Source of the DNA: Polyangiales bacterium
GTDB lineage: Bacteria > Myxococcota_A > Polyangia > Polyangiales > Ga0077539
Assembly: GCA_044229975.1 (NCBI GenBank)
Contig: JBGARZ010000011.1
Coordinates: 128,001 to 192,000, forward strand
Direction: 5' to 3'
DNA: 64,000 nt
In this document: in pieces, positions 52,186 to 62,161 of the stretch
Layout: each line of letters starts with the position of its first letter
Position numbering within the stretch: the first letter of the stretch is position 1
Translations under genes and position numbers: made by a program
The notes under the pieces: generated by a model
What the model was told of the DNA's origin: nothing
The model's database searches: none
The model's input: only the letters and a program-made list of their open reading frames with translations

Positions 52186-53223
52186 GTGACCGCGCGCAGG
52201 AGCCTCACCACGTCGACGGTCGCGCTCGTGCTGCTGGCGGCGTGCGACGTTCCCGACCTCGTCGAGCGCCCGGTGGACGCGGGCGCGCTCGCCGACGTCG
52301 TCACCGCCGTCGACGTCGCGGACGTCCTCGCGGCAGCGACCACACCGAGCTGCCCCGACGCGCAGGAGCGCGGCTGCGAGCGGGTGCGCGTGGCCGGCGG
52401 AGCCTTCACGCTGGGAACCGAGTCCCTGGCAGACTCACGACCCCCCGTGCCCAACGTGCGCGTGTCGGACTTCACGCTCGACGCGACGGAGGTGACGGTC
52501 GCTCGCTTCCGGCGCTTCCACGACGACCTCGCGCGGTGGCGCGCGGCGCTGCCCGACCCGTCGGTCATCGTGGTGCGCTACCCCAACGGAACCGAACTGC
52601 GCGTGCCCACCACGGACGTCGACCCCGACCACCTCCAGAGCCCCCTCGAAGGCATCGGGGTCAACCGCTTCAGCGATCCGCGCGCGGGTGTCGCGTCTCA
52701 TCCCGCCAACGGGGTCGGGTGGGCGGTGGCGATGGCCTTCTGCGCGTGGGACGGCGGACGCCTCCCGACGGAGGCCGAGTGGGAGTACGCCGCGCGCTGG
52801 TGGCAGAGCGGCGCGCCCGACGGACGAACCTACCCATGGGGCGAGCTCACGCCCGTGCAGCGGTGTGATCTCGCCCACTGGATGATCGGGGTGTTCACGC
52901 CCAACGGGCGCTGCGTGGGCGCCGACAAGCGCGCGTCGCGGCGCGTGGCGAGCCTCCCATTGGGTCAGTCGCACGGCCTCCACGACCTCGCGGGCAACGC
53001 CATCGAGTGGCTCGCCGACAGCTTCGTCTCGTACGGCACCGCGTGCACCGGGCGCACGCCCGTCGACCCGATCTGCGACGCCGCCGGGGTGAACGATCGC
53101 GTGATGCGCGGGGGCTCTGCGGCGACGCCCGCGACGGAGGCCCAGCAGCTCCTCACGGCGTGGCGCATGGGCCAGGACCCTTCCCGCCAGAACGCCGCCC
53201 ACGGGTTTCGCTGCGCGCGGTGA
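52186..53223 (+). CDS. FGE-sulfatase (SUMF1/EgtB/PvdO) domain lipoprotein
   Basis: [48 protein letters not shown]. Confidence 0.9.
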   Translation: MTARRSLTTSTVALVLLAACDVPDLVERPVDAGALADVVTAVDVADVLAAATTPSCPDAQERGCERVRVAGGAFTLGTESLADSRPPVPNVRVSDFTLDATEVTVARFRRFHDDLARWRAALPDPSVIVVRYPNGTELRVPTTDVDPDHLQSPLEGIGVNRFSDPRAGVASHPANGVGWAVAMAFCAWDGGRLPTEAEWEYAARWWQSGAPDGRTYPWGELTPVQRCDLAHWMIGVFTPNGRCVGADKRASRRVASLPLGQSHGLHDLAGNAIEWLADSFVSYGTACTGRTPVDPICDAAGVNDRVMRGGSAATPATEAQQLLTAWRMGQDPSRQNAAHGFRCAR

Positions 53224-53240
53224 TAGGCTGGGCGGGCACC

Positions 53241-54548
53241 GTGGCTACGCCCGACGCCGACGACCTCCTCGGACGCACCCTCGCCGGTCGCTACCGCCTC
53301 GCGCGGCTGCTGGGCCGCGGCGGTCACGGCGTGGTCTTCGAGGCGCGCGACACGCTGCTCGACCGCGACGTGGCGGTGAAGGTGCTCGCGCTACGGCCTG
53401 AGCGCGGAGACGACGAGGCGAGGTTTCTGCGCGAGGCGCGCGCGGCGGCTAGGGTGGAGCACCCGGGCGTGGTGAGGGTGCTCGACCTGGGGCGCGACGA
53501 GGCGGCGGGGTGCGTGTTCCTGGCGCAGGAGCTGGTGCGCGGCGCGACGCTGCGCGACTGGATGGAGGAGCAGCTCGTGGCCACGCCCGCGCAGGCCATG
53601 GCGCTGCTCGGACCCGTGATGGAGGGGCTCGCGGCGGCGCACGCGCGGGGGGTCGTTCATCGCGACGTGAAGCCCGAGAACGTGCTGCTGGCCGAAGGGC
53701 CCGACGGTGCGATCACACCAAAGGTGATCGACTTCGGGGTGGCCTCGCTGACGGGACGAGACGAGCCCGCGACGCCCGGCGGACGCATCGCTGGGACGCC
53801 CGCGTACATGGCCCCGGAGCTCGCTCGCGGAGAGCGCGAACCCGACGCGCGCGCCGACGTATGGGCCGTCGGGGTGATGCTGTACGAGCTGCTATTGGGG
53901 CGTCGTCCGTACGACGCGGACGGCACTCGCGCGCTGGTGGCGGCGCTCGCCCACGCCGAGCCGGTGCGCTTCTCGCGGCGTGCACCCGAGGCGTCGGCTG
54001 CCCTCTGCGAGGTGGTCGAGCGCGCCCTCGCCCCGGCGCCCGACGACCGCTACGCGACGCTCGACGCGATGCGCGCCGCGCTCGCTGCGTGCGACGAGGT
54101 GCGCTCGCCCGACGCCCCGTGGACGCCGCACACGATGGCCGCGAGCACGCGCACGTCGCGGGAGGTGGCTCCGTTGGCGCTGGCCTCGCGCCCGCCGCCG
54201 CCGCGGGTCGCGCGCTGGTTCGCGGGGGCGCTGCTCGCCGCGGCGGTGGCGGTGGTCGTGGTGGCTGTCGGGCTGCGCGCGCGACCGGCGCCGCGAGCGA
54301 CGGCGGTGCGGGTGGCGACGGTGGTGGCGGCAGCGCCGACGACGGTGGCGGTCGCGGCGCCAGCGGTGGTGGTGGTGACGCCGACGGTGGGGACGGACGC
54401 GGCGGTGGGGACGGACGCGGCGGTGGGGACGGTCGCGCGGCGGGTCGAGGCGGAGGTGCGACCGAGGCCGACGCGGCGGGAGCCGGTGAGGGCAGCGGTG
54501 GTGGGGGTCAACCAGGCGCCGATTCTGGCGCCACCTGGGTTGGAGTAG
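53241..54548 (+). CDS. Membrane Ser/Thr protein kinase
   Basis: LGRGG.G.V, VAVK, HRDVKPEN, DFG, GTPAYMAPE; TM segment. Confidence 0.9.
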   Translation: MATPDADDLLGRTLAGRYRLARLLGRGGHGVVFEARDTLLDRDVAVKVLALRPERGDDEARFLREARAAARVEHPGVVRVLDLGRDEAAGCVFLAQELVRGATLRDWMEEQLVATPAQAMALLGPVMEGLAAAHARGVVHRDVKPENVLLAEGPDGAITPKVIDFGVASLTGRDEPATPGGRIAGTPAYMAPELARGEREPDARADVWAVGVMLYELLLGRRPYDADGTRALVAALAHAEPVRFSRRAPEASAALCEVVERALAPAPDDRYATLDAMRAALAACDEVRSPDAPWTPHTMAASTRTSREVAPLALASRPPPPRVARWFAGALLAAAVAVVVVAVGLRARPAPRATAVRVATVVAAAPTTVAVAAPAVVVVTPTVGTDAAVGTDAAVGTVARRVEAEVRPRPTRREPVRAAVVGVNQAPILAPPGLE

Positions 54549-54912
54549 CGGGCGTCGCGCGTCCCGTCGGCACGTTCGCCCAAGGCGGACTTACCCGGAG
54601 GGACGCACCCACCCACGCCCGCAGCCCCCCCTTCCCTGAGTCGCCCGCGTCCTCGCCCGGAGTCGCGCGCATCCCACCCGTCTCCACCGCGCATCCCGCC
54701 CGTCTCCACTTCGCCTCCTCCCCATGAGCCGCCTGCCTCCCTCCCATGAGGGTCGCGACCCCGTGCCAACGGTCGCCCTCCTCCCCGTTCGCACAATTCG
54801 TCATCCGCCACGAAACCCCCGCAACCCCCGCCCTCGACAACCCCCCGCGAACAGTTGGTGCGCCTCGCATGTCGCGAGCCGTCGCAGCCAACCGCCCTCG
54901 CAGGTGCACACC

Positions 54913-55500
54913 ATGAACAAGTCCACGAAGTCCTCCCCCGTCGTTGCCTCTGTCTCCCATCCCCCCTGCGCCTCGGTCGACGACACCGCGGCGTACCTCC
55001 GCGCCGCCCCCGTGCTGACGGCGGTGCTCTCCGTCCTCCCCCCCGCCAATCTTCCACGGCGCGACGCCACCTTCGCCCAACAGGAGCTTCGCAAGCTCGA
55101 CGCCGACCTGCGCGCCGAAGCCGACCGCGCGCTCCAGCAGATCGCCCACGTCGATGCCGCCACCCGCGCAGCCGACCTCGGCCCCGCCACGACGAGGCTC
55201 CACGGCCTCGACGCGCTCGTCCGAGGCCGCGCCGACAACGCCGCCGTCCTCACGCGCCTGCGGTACCTCCTCGACTACGCCGAGGTGCAGCAGCGCGTCT
55301 TCGACCACGACGCCGTGCTCGTCATCGAGGCGGTCGGCGAGGCCATCGCGTTCATGGGGCAGTACGACGACTCGCTGCGCGGTCGGTACCGCGCCACCCT
55401 CGACATGCTCGCCGCTCGCCAGAGCAAGGTCACCCAGGGCCGCGCCCGAGCCCGCGCCGCCACGCCCGAACCCGAGCCCGAGCCCACGCCGGTCGAGTGA
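54913..55500 (+). CDS. Hypothetical helical protein
   Basis: AGGT RBS, coding codon usage. Confidence 0.6.
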   Translation: MNKSTKSSPVVASVSHPPCASVDDTAAYLRAAPVLTAVLSVLPPANLPRRDATFAQQELRKLDADLRAEADRALQQIAHVDAATRAADLGPATTRLHGLDALVRGRADNAAVLTRLRYLLDYAEVQQRVFDHDAVLVIEAVGEAIAFMGQYDDSLRGRYRATLDMLAARQSKVTQGRARARAATPEPEPEPTPVE

Positions 55501-55608
55501 CCTCTGGCTTCCGCCGCCGCCCGTTCCTGCCGTCTCACCTCCGCCCCCATCACTTCCATTCCCGTCAGGTTGACGCCGGACCGACCGCCGCGATACCGCA
55601 GTGGTCCG

Positions 55609-56133
55609 ATGGGCAAGACCGCGAAGATCATCCTGGGTGTGTTGGGGTTCTTCGTGCTCGCCTGCATCGTCGCGGGCGTCGTCAGCGTGACCTTCGTCAA
55701 GAAGAAGATCGGCAACGTCGCCGAGGAGATGCAGCGGCAGCAGACCGAGGCCCGCACCTGGGCTCGCGGCCACGCGCAGGCCGAGTGCCTCGACCAGGGC
55801 ATGGTGCGCGCCCGCACCTGCGCCGGCTTCACGTGTCAGATGGGGGTGCAGACCTTCACGTCCAACTGCCTGTCCCTGGCCACCCCCACGCCGGGGCTCT
55901 GCGAGGGCGTCCCCCACCCGCAGGACTTCCAGTCGGGCTCGATCTGGCGCAACGGACGGTGTCCCATCACGGGTACGCAGTCGGCTCCCGACGCGACGTC
56001 TACGGCTTGTCTCCAGGTGATGTCGATCCTCCAGGCCCACTGCGCGGCGCGCGCGGCCCGGGCCGACGCCGCGGTGGCGCCGATGCCGACGGCAGAGCCG
56101 ACCCCGGCACCGACGGCAGCGCCGACGCCATAG
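55609..56133 (+). CDS. Membrane-anchored Cys-containing hypothetical protein
   Basis: N-terminal TM helix, 8 Cys in the soluble domain. Confidence 0.65.
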   Translation: MGKTAKIILGVLGFFVLACIVAGVVSVTFVKKKIGNVAEEMQRQQTEARTWARGHAQAECLDQGMVRARTCAGFTCQMGVQTFTSNCLSLATPTPGLCEGVPHPQDFQSGSIWRNGRCPITGTQSAPDATSTACLQVMSILQAHCAARAARADAAVAPMPTAEPTPAPTAAPTP

Positions 56134-56229
56134 CGTTGGGAGAGGTGGGCGAGCGCGCCCCTCCGCTTCGCTACGGGTGAGGGCGGGGACTGTTGGCGTG
56201 AGTGGTGGGGCGGAGGGGGAAGGCGACGG

Positions 56230-56445
56230 TCAGCGGCCGAGGGCGCGCTGGTGGGCCGTGTACGCCGGGATGGCGTGGGCGATGACGCCGCTCAGCGACA
56301 GCGGCCCCGCGAGCAGGAAGAACGCCGTGTAGAACACCGACGCCACCACGAACCAGAAGAGCGCCCGGAAGAAGTCGCCGTTGTAGAGTTGCCCCGCGCC
56401 CGGGATGAAGAACGAGAGCATCGCAGCGGTACCGGCCTTGGACAT
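56230..56445 (-). CDS. Small membrane protein (LS..IPG.GQ.YNG family)
   Basis: AAMLSFFIPGAGQLYNG motif; GAGG RBS. Confidence 0.7.
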   Translation of the reverse strand: MSKAGTAAMLSFFIPGAGQLYNGDFFRALFWFVVASVFYTAFFLLAGPLSLSGVIAHAIPAYTAHQRALGR

Positions 56446-56502
56446 GGTTGCCTCGCAATCGTCGACCGTGGGTTGGTCGCGGCCGAGAGTTGTAGCCACG
56501 GG

Positions 56503-57603
56503 GTGACGAGGGCGCTCGTGGCGGGACCAAAGAAATCATCAGCGCCCACCGAGACCGCTCGGGTGGAGGCGGCGAGGGTGGCGCTGCTGCGCTGGTACGG
56601 CGAGAGTGCGCGGTCGCTGCCGTGGCGCGCAGCAGGAACGACCGCGTGGGCGACCTGGGTGAGCGAGGTGATGCTCCAGCAGACGCGGGTGGAGACGGTG
56701 GTTCCGTACTTCGCGCGCTTCATGGCGCGCTTCCCGACGCCGAAGGAGATGGCCGAGGCGACGGAACCCGAAGTGCTCGGGCAGTGGGCAGGGCTCGGTT
56801 ACTACCGTCGCGCGAGGTTTCTGCACGCCGGGGCGAAGGCGGTGTGCGAGCGGTTTGGGGGAGAGGTTCCGCGGGGGGCGGAGGCGCTGCGGAGTTTGCC
56901 GGGTGTCGGGGAGTACACCGCGGGGGCGATCGCGAGCATCGCGCATGGCGAGCGCGCACCGCTGGTGGACGGCAACGTCGAGCGGGTGCTCACGCGGCTC
57001 TTCGCCATCGCGGGTGACCCTCGCAGCGGGCCCATCAAGAAGCGCTTGTGGGCGCTGGCGACGGCCTTCGCCGACGACCCCGACCCCGGCGCCGTCAACC
57101 AGTCTCTCATGGAGCTCGGCGCCACCGTCTGCGCCCCCACCTCGCCGCGCTGCCTCACGTGTCCGGTGCGCGCGTGGTGTGCGGCGGCGCAGGAGGGAGA
57201 GCCCGAGCGCTACCCCGAGAAGGCCGCGAAGAAGGCGCCGCGCGACGAAGAGTGGACGGCGCTGGTGGGTCTGCACGGCGACCGCGCGGTGCTGGTCGCG
57301 AGCGCGATGGGGCGATGGGAGGGGATGCTGGTTCCGTGGATGGAGGAGGGTGAGGTCGACCCGAAGGCGATGGCGCGCGGCGTCGGCGGGGGCGGGGTGC
57401 GGGAGCACGGCGAGGTGCTGCACGTGCTGACGCACGCGAGGATGCGGGTGCGGGTGTTCTCGGCGGTGATGCCGACGGTGCCGACGGGCGGGACGCTGGT
57501 GGCGAAGGGAGCCTACGCGGGGCTCGCGGTGCCGAAGGTCACGCAGCGGGTGTTGTCGGCGGTGTGGTCCAGCGGAGACGAGAAGCCCAGGCGAGGGCGG
57601 TGA
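56503..57603 (+). CDS. mutY: A/G-specific adenine glycosylase
   Basis: LPWR, WVSEVMLQQT, W.GLGYY.RAR.LH, LPGVG.YTAGAI, VDGNV.RV, CAP..PRC..CPV...C Fe-S motif. Confidence 0.95.
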   Translation: MTRALVAGPKKSSAPTETARVEAARVALLRWYGESARSLPWRAAGTTAWATWVSEVMLQQTRVETVVPYFARFMARFPTPKEMAEATEPEVLGQWAGLGYYRRARFLHAGAKAVCERFGGEVPRGAEALRSLPGVGEYTAGAIASIAHGERAPLVDGNVERVLTRLFAIAGDPRSGPIKKRLWALATAFADDPDPGAVNQSLMELGATVCAPTSPRCLTCPVRAWCAAAQEGEPERYPEKAAKKAPRDEEWTALVGLHGDRAVLVASAMGRWEGMLVPWMEEGEVDPKAMARGVGGGGVREHGEVLHVLTHARMRVRVFSAVMPTVPTGGTLVAKGAYAGLAVPKVTQRVLSAVWSSGDEKPRRGR

Positions 57604-57970
57604 GCTGGAGGGAGGCCCCGACGAGGCGGGCCGCGAGGATGGCCGCGCTGCCGCCGCGGGCGTCATGGAGGACGACGCCGCGCCAGGCGGTGGCGGCGGT
57701 GAGCGCGTGGGCAGCGAGCGCGAGCAGGGCGCCGAGGCTGGCGATGGCCAGCAGCGGGCGGTGGGCGCGGCCGTCGGTGGGCGCGAGCGCGAGGGTGACG
57801 AGGCCGGTGACGAAGGCGTGCAGGGCGAGGCGCGCGGTGGCGATGGGGTAGCCACCGAGGTGCCACGGCGACGACGGTGGCTGGAGGGCGAGAAACTCCC
57901 AGACGGACGCGAGGGCGCCGACGGCGAGGCAAAGGAGCCCGAGGCGGACGAAGGCGCGCGCGGGGGTCAC
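57539..57970 (-). CDS. Hypothetical 4-TM membrane protein
   Basis: Four hydrophobic segments. Confidence 0.55.
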   Translation of the reverse strand: MTPARAFVRLGLLCLAVGALASVWEFLALQPPSSPWHLGGYPIATARLALHAFVTGLVTLALAPTDGRAHRPLLAIASLGALLALAAHALTAATAWRGVVLHDARGGSAAILAARLVGASLQLTALAWASRLRWTTPPTTPAA

Positions 57971-58020
57971 AGGGCGAGGCTCTCCGCTCCGCGGTTCGAG
58001 CGCGAGGCCAGCGGTGCGCC

Positions 58021-58185
58021 GAGCCAGACCCCGACCGTGAGGGAGGGGACGTGGTGGTGAGGCTGCCAGTCGACCCGCTCCGGCCTGGAAGACGTCGAGC
58101 CTGACGAAGCGAAAATCCGAGTGATTGGGACGGTGACTGGCAGCCTCACCGTCGCGTCCCCTCCCTCACGGTCGGGGTCTGGCTC
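58021..58185. repeat. REPIN-like long inverted repeat (51-bp arms, 63-nt spacer)
   Basis: 58021-58071 pairs with 58135-58185, 48/51 Watson-Crick; each arm contains the CCCCGACCGTGAGGGAGGGG hairpin. Confidence 0.9.
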
Positions 58186-58201
58186 CACGCGCCGAGACCC
58201 A

Positions 58202-60775
58202 TCACAGCGTCTCGCCCATCGCAGCGAGGGCACTGCGGGCGCCGCGGTGGGTGGGGTCGCGGTCGAGCACCATGCGCAGCGCACGAACCGCCTCCGCACG
58301 CTGCCCCATCGCGTTGCGGGCCTTGCCGATGAGCACGCGCGCGTCGAGGGCCCGGGCGCCGCCCTGCGCGACAGCCTCGTTGGCGCGGGCGATGGTTTCC
58401 GGGTAGCGCCCCGCCGCAAAGGACTGCTGCGCGAGGGCGTACGCGCTCGGAGCGTGGCGCGCGACAGACGGCGGCGGCGCACCAGCATCCACCACCGCAA
58501 CCACGACCGCAGCACCGGCGTCCACGACCGCGGGCGGCGGAGCAGCCACGACCACGGGCGCTGGTGGTGTTGGTGGCGCTGGTGGTGGCGACGCAGCGAC
58601 GACCGCGGGCCTCGGCGCCGGGCGAGCGGGCCGTCGCGTGGGCTTGTGGAAGATCCCGAGCACGACCACCGTGACGAGCGCGACGGCCGCGAGACCAGCG
58701 ACGGCCTTGACCCAGCCGCGCGACGGGGGCGCGGCGGCGGCGGGCGCATCGGTGACCGTGGCGAAGGCGTGCACCGGGAGGGTGACGGTGACGGGCGGGG
58801 CCTCTTCGATGACGGCGCCCGGGTCGAGCGCGCGGCCGAGGACGTCGGCGAGGATGACCGCGCTGTCGAAGCGATGTGAGGGCTCCTTGGCGAGGCAGCG
58901 GAGGATGACCGCTTCGAGCGCCACGGGGATGTTGGCGTCGGGCGCGCGGCCGCGCGGAGGGTCGGGCTCCTGGCCCATGTGGCGCGCGAGGAGCTCGATC
59001 ATCGTGGCGTCTTCGAAGAGCTGCGTCCCCGTCGCGCACTCGTAGAGCACGGCGCCGACGGCGTAGAGGTCGGTGCGCGCGTCGACGTCGCGGCCGCGGG
59101 CCTGCTCCGGGGCCATGTACGCGGGCGACCCGAAGAGCTCTCCGGCGCGGGTGACGTTGCCGTCGGTTCCGCCGAGGATCGCGCTGTTGTTGGTCTTGGC
59201 GACGCCGAAATCGAGCACCTTCACGCCGCCGTCTTCGGTGAGGAAGACGTTCTCGGGCTTGATGTCGCGGTGCACGACGCCGACGGCGTGGGCGGCCGCG
59301 AGGGCGCGCGCGATGGCCACCCCGATGCGAACGCACTCCGCCGGTGGCAGGCGCCCACGGTCGGCGCTCTTCGCGCGCTCCAGGCGGCCGCGGAGGGACT
59401 CGCCGCGGAGGCGTTCCATGGCGAAGAAGAGCCGGCCGTCGAGGGTGGTGCCGAGGTCGTAGACCTGGACGAGGTTGGGGTGCGACAGCGCCGCGATGGC
59501 CCGCGCTTCGAGCCGAAACCGCTGCACCAGCATCGGGTCGGATGAGAGCGTCGGGGACAACACCTTGAGCGCCACGGGGCGACCGAGGTCGGTGTGCTCG
59601 GCGGCGAACACCTCCCCCATGGCCCCGGCGCCGATCTGCGCCCCGAGGCGGTACGGCGTCCCCGGGAGCATCTGCGCGTCGCGCGGACCTTGCGGCTGCG
59701 TGCTCACCTGCTGGCGCAGCCGCGGCGGGTCGGCGGTCGAACCACGGTGCGCGCGGGCCTCGGCGATCCAGCGGCGGTTGCGCTCGGACTCCGTCGCTTG
59801 AGCGCCTGGGAGGAGCTCGGCGAGCCCCTCGGCGATGACCTCTCGGTCGATGCGGACCCGTAGCGTCTGGGCGATGTCGAGCAGGGCGCGGCGGGCGGTG
59901 GTGGCGTCGGGGAAGCGGTGCGCCGGGTCGAAGGCCGTGAGCCGGGCGATCCAGTCGTCGAGGAGCGGTGAGACGTCGGAGCGCAGGGTGGAGGCGGCGG
60001 CGGGGCGGTGGGTTCCGCGGGCGAGGGCGTCGAGGTGCGGGACGAGCTCGAGGGTCATCCAATCGAGCTGGGTGAGGAGCTCCCACGCGACGACGCCGAT
60101 GGCGTAGAGGTCGGTGCGCGGGTCGAGGGGCTCGCGGCGCGCCTGCTCGGGGGCCATGTAGCCGGGCTTGCCGAAGATGGCGCCGTGGATGGTATGCGCC
60201 GTGCGGCCCACGGCGAGGGCGGTGCCGAAGTCGAGCACCTTCACGTCACCGTCCCACGACGCGCGCATGTTCTCGGGCGAAAGGTCGCGATGAACGAGAT
60301 GAAACGGCACCCCGTCGAGCCCGCACGCGCGGTGCGCGTAGGCCATGCCGTCGAGGACGCCCGCGAGGCACGACAGCACCAGCGCGATGCTCGGGTACCG
60401 CCGCGATCCGCGGCAGGCGTCGATGATCTCGGCGAGGTCGGTTCCGCCGACGTACTCCATCGCGAGGAAGGGGACGCCCTGCTCGACGCCGACCTCCATC
60501 ACCTGCCCGATGTTGGGGTGCTGTAGCGCGCAGAGCACCCGGCCCTCGTCGAGGAAGCGCGCCACGAGGTCGTCGGCGTGCGTGGCCTCGGCGCGGATGG
60601 TCTTCACCACGCAGAGCTTCTGGGCGTGGGCGATGGAGCCCGCGAGCGCGAGGTGGATCTCGCCCATGCCACCGCGGGCGATGGTTCCGAGGAGGAGGTA
60701 GCGGCCGAAGTCGCGACTGGCCGCCGCCCCGGAGAGCCTCGGCTGCGCGGGGTCGGTGTCGGGGCTGTCACTCAT
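58202..60775 (-). CDS. Dual-domain Ser/Thr kinase with TM and C-terminal TPR
   Basis: Kinase 1 HRDLSPEN/DFG/GKPGYMAPE; kinase 2 HRDIKPEN/DFG/GSPAYMAPE; TM; TPR-like tail. Confidence 0.9.
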   Translation of the reverse strand: MSDSPDTDPAQPRLSGAAASRDFGRYLLLGTIARGGMGEIHLALAGSIAHAQKLCVVKTIRAEATHADDLVARFLDEGRVLCALQHPNIGQVMEVGVEQGVPFLAMEYVGGTDLAEIIDACRGSRRYPSIALVLSCLAGVLDGMAYAHRACGLDGVPFHLVHRDLSPENMRASWDGDVKVLDFGTALAVGRTAHTIHGAIFGKPGYMAPEQARREPLDPRTDLYAIGVVAWELLTQLDWMTLELVPHLDALARGTHRPAAASTLRSDVSPLLDDWIARLTAFDPAHRFPDATTARRALLDIAQTLRVRIDREVIAEGLAELLPGAQATESERNRRWIAEARAHRGSTADPPRLRQQVSTQPQGPRDAQMLPGTPYRLGAQIGAGAMGEVFAAEHTDLGRPVALKVLSPTLSSDPMLVQRFRLEARAIAALSHPNLVQVYDLGTTLDGRLFFAMERLRGESLRGRLERAKSADRGRLPPAECVRIGVAIARALAAAHAVGVVHRDIKPENVFLTEDGGVKVLDFGVAKTNNSAILGGTDGNVTRAGELFGSPAYMAPEQARGRDVDARTDLYAVGAVLYECATGTQLFEDATMIELLARHMGQEPDPPRGRAPDANIPVALEAVILRCLAKEPSHRFDSAVILADVLGRALDPGAVIEEAPPVTVTLPVHAFATVTDAPAAAAPPSRGWVKAVAGLAAVALVTVVVLGIFHKPTRRPARPAPRPAVVAASPPPAPPTPPAPVVVAAPPPAVVDAGAAVVVAVVDAGAPPPSVARHAPSAYALAQQSFAAGRYPETIARANEAVAQGGARALDARVLIGKARNAMGQRAEAVRALRMVLDRDPTHRGARSALAAMGETL

Positions 60776-60811
60776 GAACTGATGGGCGACGCGAGGCTGC
60801 GGGGGGCCTTC

Positions 60812-61522
60812 TCACCCGCGCGGGCGGATGGCGACCGAGCGCTGGAGCAGCGACCGCAGCGAGGCGGCCGGGCCCTGCGTGGGGAGCAGGCTGACGTGGG
60901 CCGAGATGGCGCCGGGCGGGAGCGACGGCGAGAAGCGCTCGGCGGTGCGCTCGACGGGCTCTTCGCGGGCGAGCACCGGGGTGGACACGGGCAGCGGCGG
61001 AATGGACACCGGCGACGGCTTGGGCAGCGGCTTGTCCATGCGAAACGCGAGCGTCTCGACGTGGTCGGCGTCGTCCTCGTCGAAGCCCGGCGAGACCTTC
61101 GCGCCGGCCGCGAACGAGGCCGCGATGTCGGCGACCGCGGGCTTGACCGGCGCGGCGGGCGTGGCGCGCGGGGCGCTGGGCGCGCGCGGAGCGTCGAGGG
61201 TGAGCGGCGCCGCGGGCTTGACCGGCGTGGGCTCGGGGCGCGCGGGCTCCGGGGTCTGCGCGGCTTCGGGAATGACGATCGCCGGGGGCCGTGCCTCGGG
61301 GGGAACGATCATCTGGACTTCGACGGTGGCGGCCTCGGGCTTCGGGGTCTCCGGGCGACGGAGCTCGGCGCGCGGCGCTTCGGGCTCGATGGCCTTGGGA
61401 GCGGGTGCCGCGACGATCGTCGGTGCGGGTGCGGCGACCGGGGCGGAAACGCGGGGCTCGGCGCTGCGGGCGACGACGCGGGCGAGGAGTGTTTCGAGTC
61501 GGGCGATGACGTCGGCGCTCAT
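60812..61522 (-). CDS. Pro/Ala-rich hypothetical protein
   Basis: ATGA-coupled to the upstream gene; low complexity. Confidence 0.55.
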   Translation of the reverse strand: MSADVIARLETLLARVVARSAEPRVSAPVAAPAPTIVAAPAPKAIEPEAPRAELRRPETPKPEAATVEVQMIVPPEARPPAIVIPEAAQTPEPARPEPTPVKPAAPLTLDAPRAPSAPRATPAAPVKPAVADIAASFAAGAKVSPGFDEDDADHVETLAFRMDKPLPKPSPVSIPPLPVSTPVLAREEPVERTAERFSPSLPPGAISAHVSLLPTQGPAASLRSLLQRSVAIRPRG

Positions 61523-62082
61523 GCGGAGGCTCCTCCCAACAGGGCGGCCAGGATCTGCGGACCGGGTTCGCCGCGGGCAGCGCGCTCGCGGACGAAGGTG
61601 CAAGCGGCCTCGGCGCCGAGGAAGAGCGTGAGCGCGTCGTCCTCGGTGGAGAGGATCGTGGCGCTGGTCTCGACGCCCGCGACGTCGCTGACCACGTCGG
61701 CGATGAGCCTCGTGGCGAAACGGTGGAAGGCGGCGTCGGTGGCGGGGGGGGAGTTCCAGTGGAGGGTGAGGGCCTCGCCGTAGCGCTCGAAGGAGCAGGT
61801 GCCGAGGCCGCGCTGACCGAGCGCGAGGGCGATGGCGTAGGCGACCTCCTCGGGGGTCGGGTCGGGCGTGGCGTCGAGGATGGTGACCGCGTCCTTGGCG
61901 ACGGCCTCGGCGAGGGACTTCGTCAGCGGGTCGACGTTGTCACCGAGGGCCGTGATGGCGCGCGCGAGCCACGTCGCAGGGACGGCGACGGCGCGGGCGA
62001 CGGAGGGGGTCTTGAGTTCGAGTCGACCGCGCGACAGGTCAACCGTCAGGGCGCTCGCGAGGGGGTGCAGTCGGGTTGCCAC
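61519..62082 (-). CDS. Hypothetical protein, V4R-like
   Basis: V..DL.RG, GLG....ERYG.AL pattern. Confidence 0.5.
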   Translation of the reverse strand: MATRLHPLASALTVDLSRGRLELKTPSVARAVAVPATWLARAITALGDNVDPLTKSLAEAVAKDAVTILDATPDPTPEEVAYAIALALGQRGLGTCSFERYGEALTLHWNSPPATDAAFHRFATRLIADVVSDVAGVETSATILSTEDDALTLFLGAEAACTFVRERAARGEPGPQILAALLGGASA

Positions 62083-62161
62083 GGCCCGCGACGATCGCAC
62101 ACCGCCCGCGGCGCCCGCAAATACCTTGGAACCTCCCCCCTCTTTGGCACACTCACCGTCG

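Noticed and set aside
54385..54432. 18-bp tandem repeat (AVGTDA) in the kinase tail
   Set aside because: Ordinary in-frame linker slippage.
56158..56218. 9-bp inverted repeat CCCCTCCGC/GCGGAGGGG between convergent genes
   Set aside because: Long loop and no U-tract; too weak to call a terminator.
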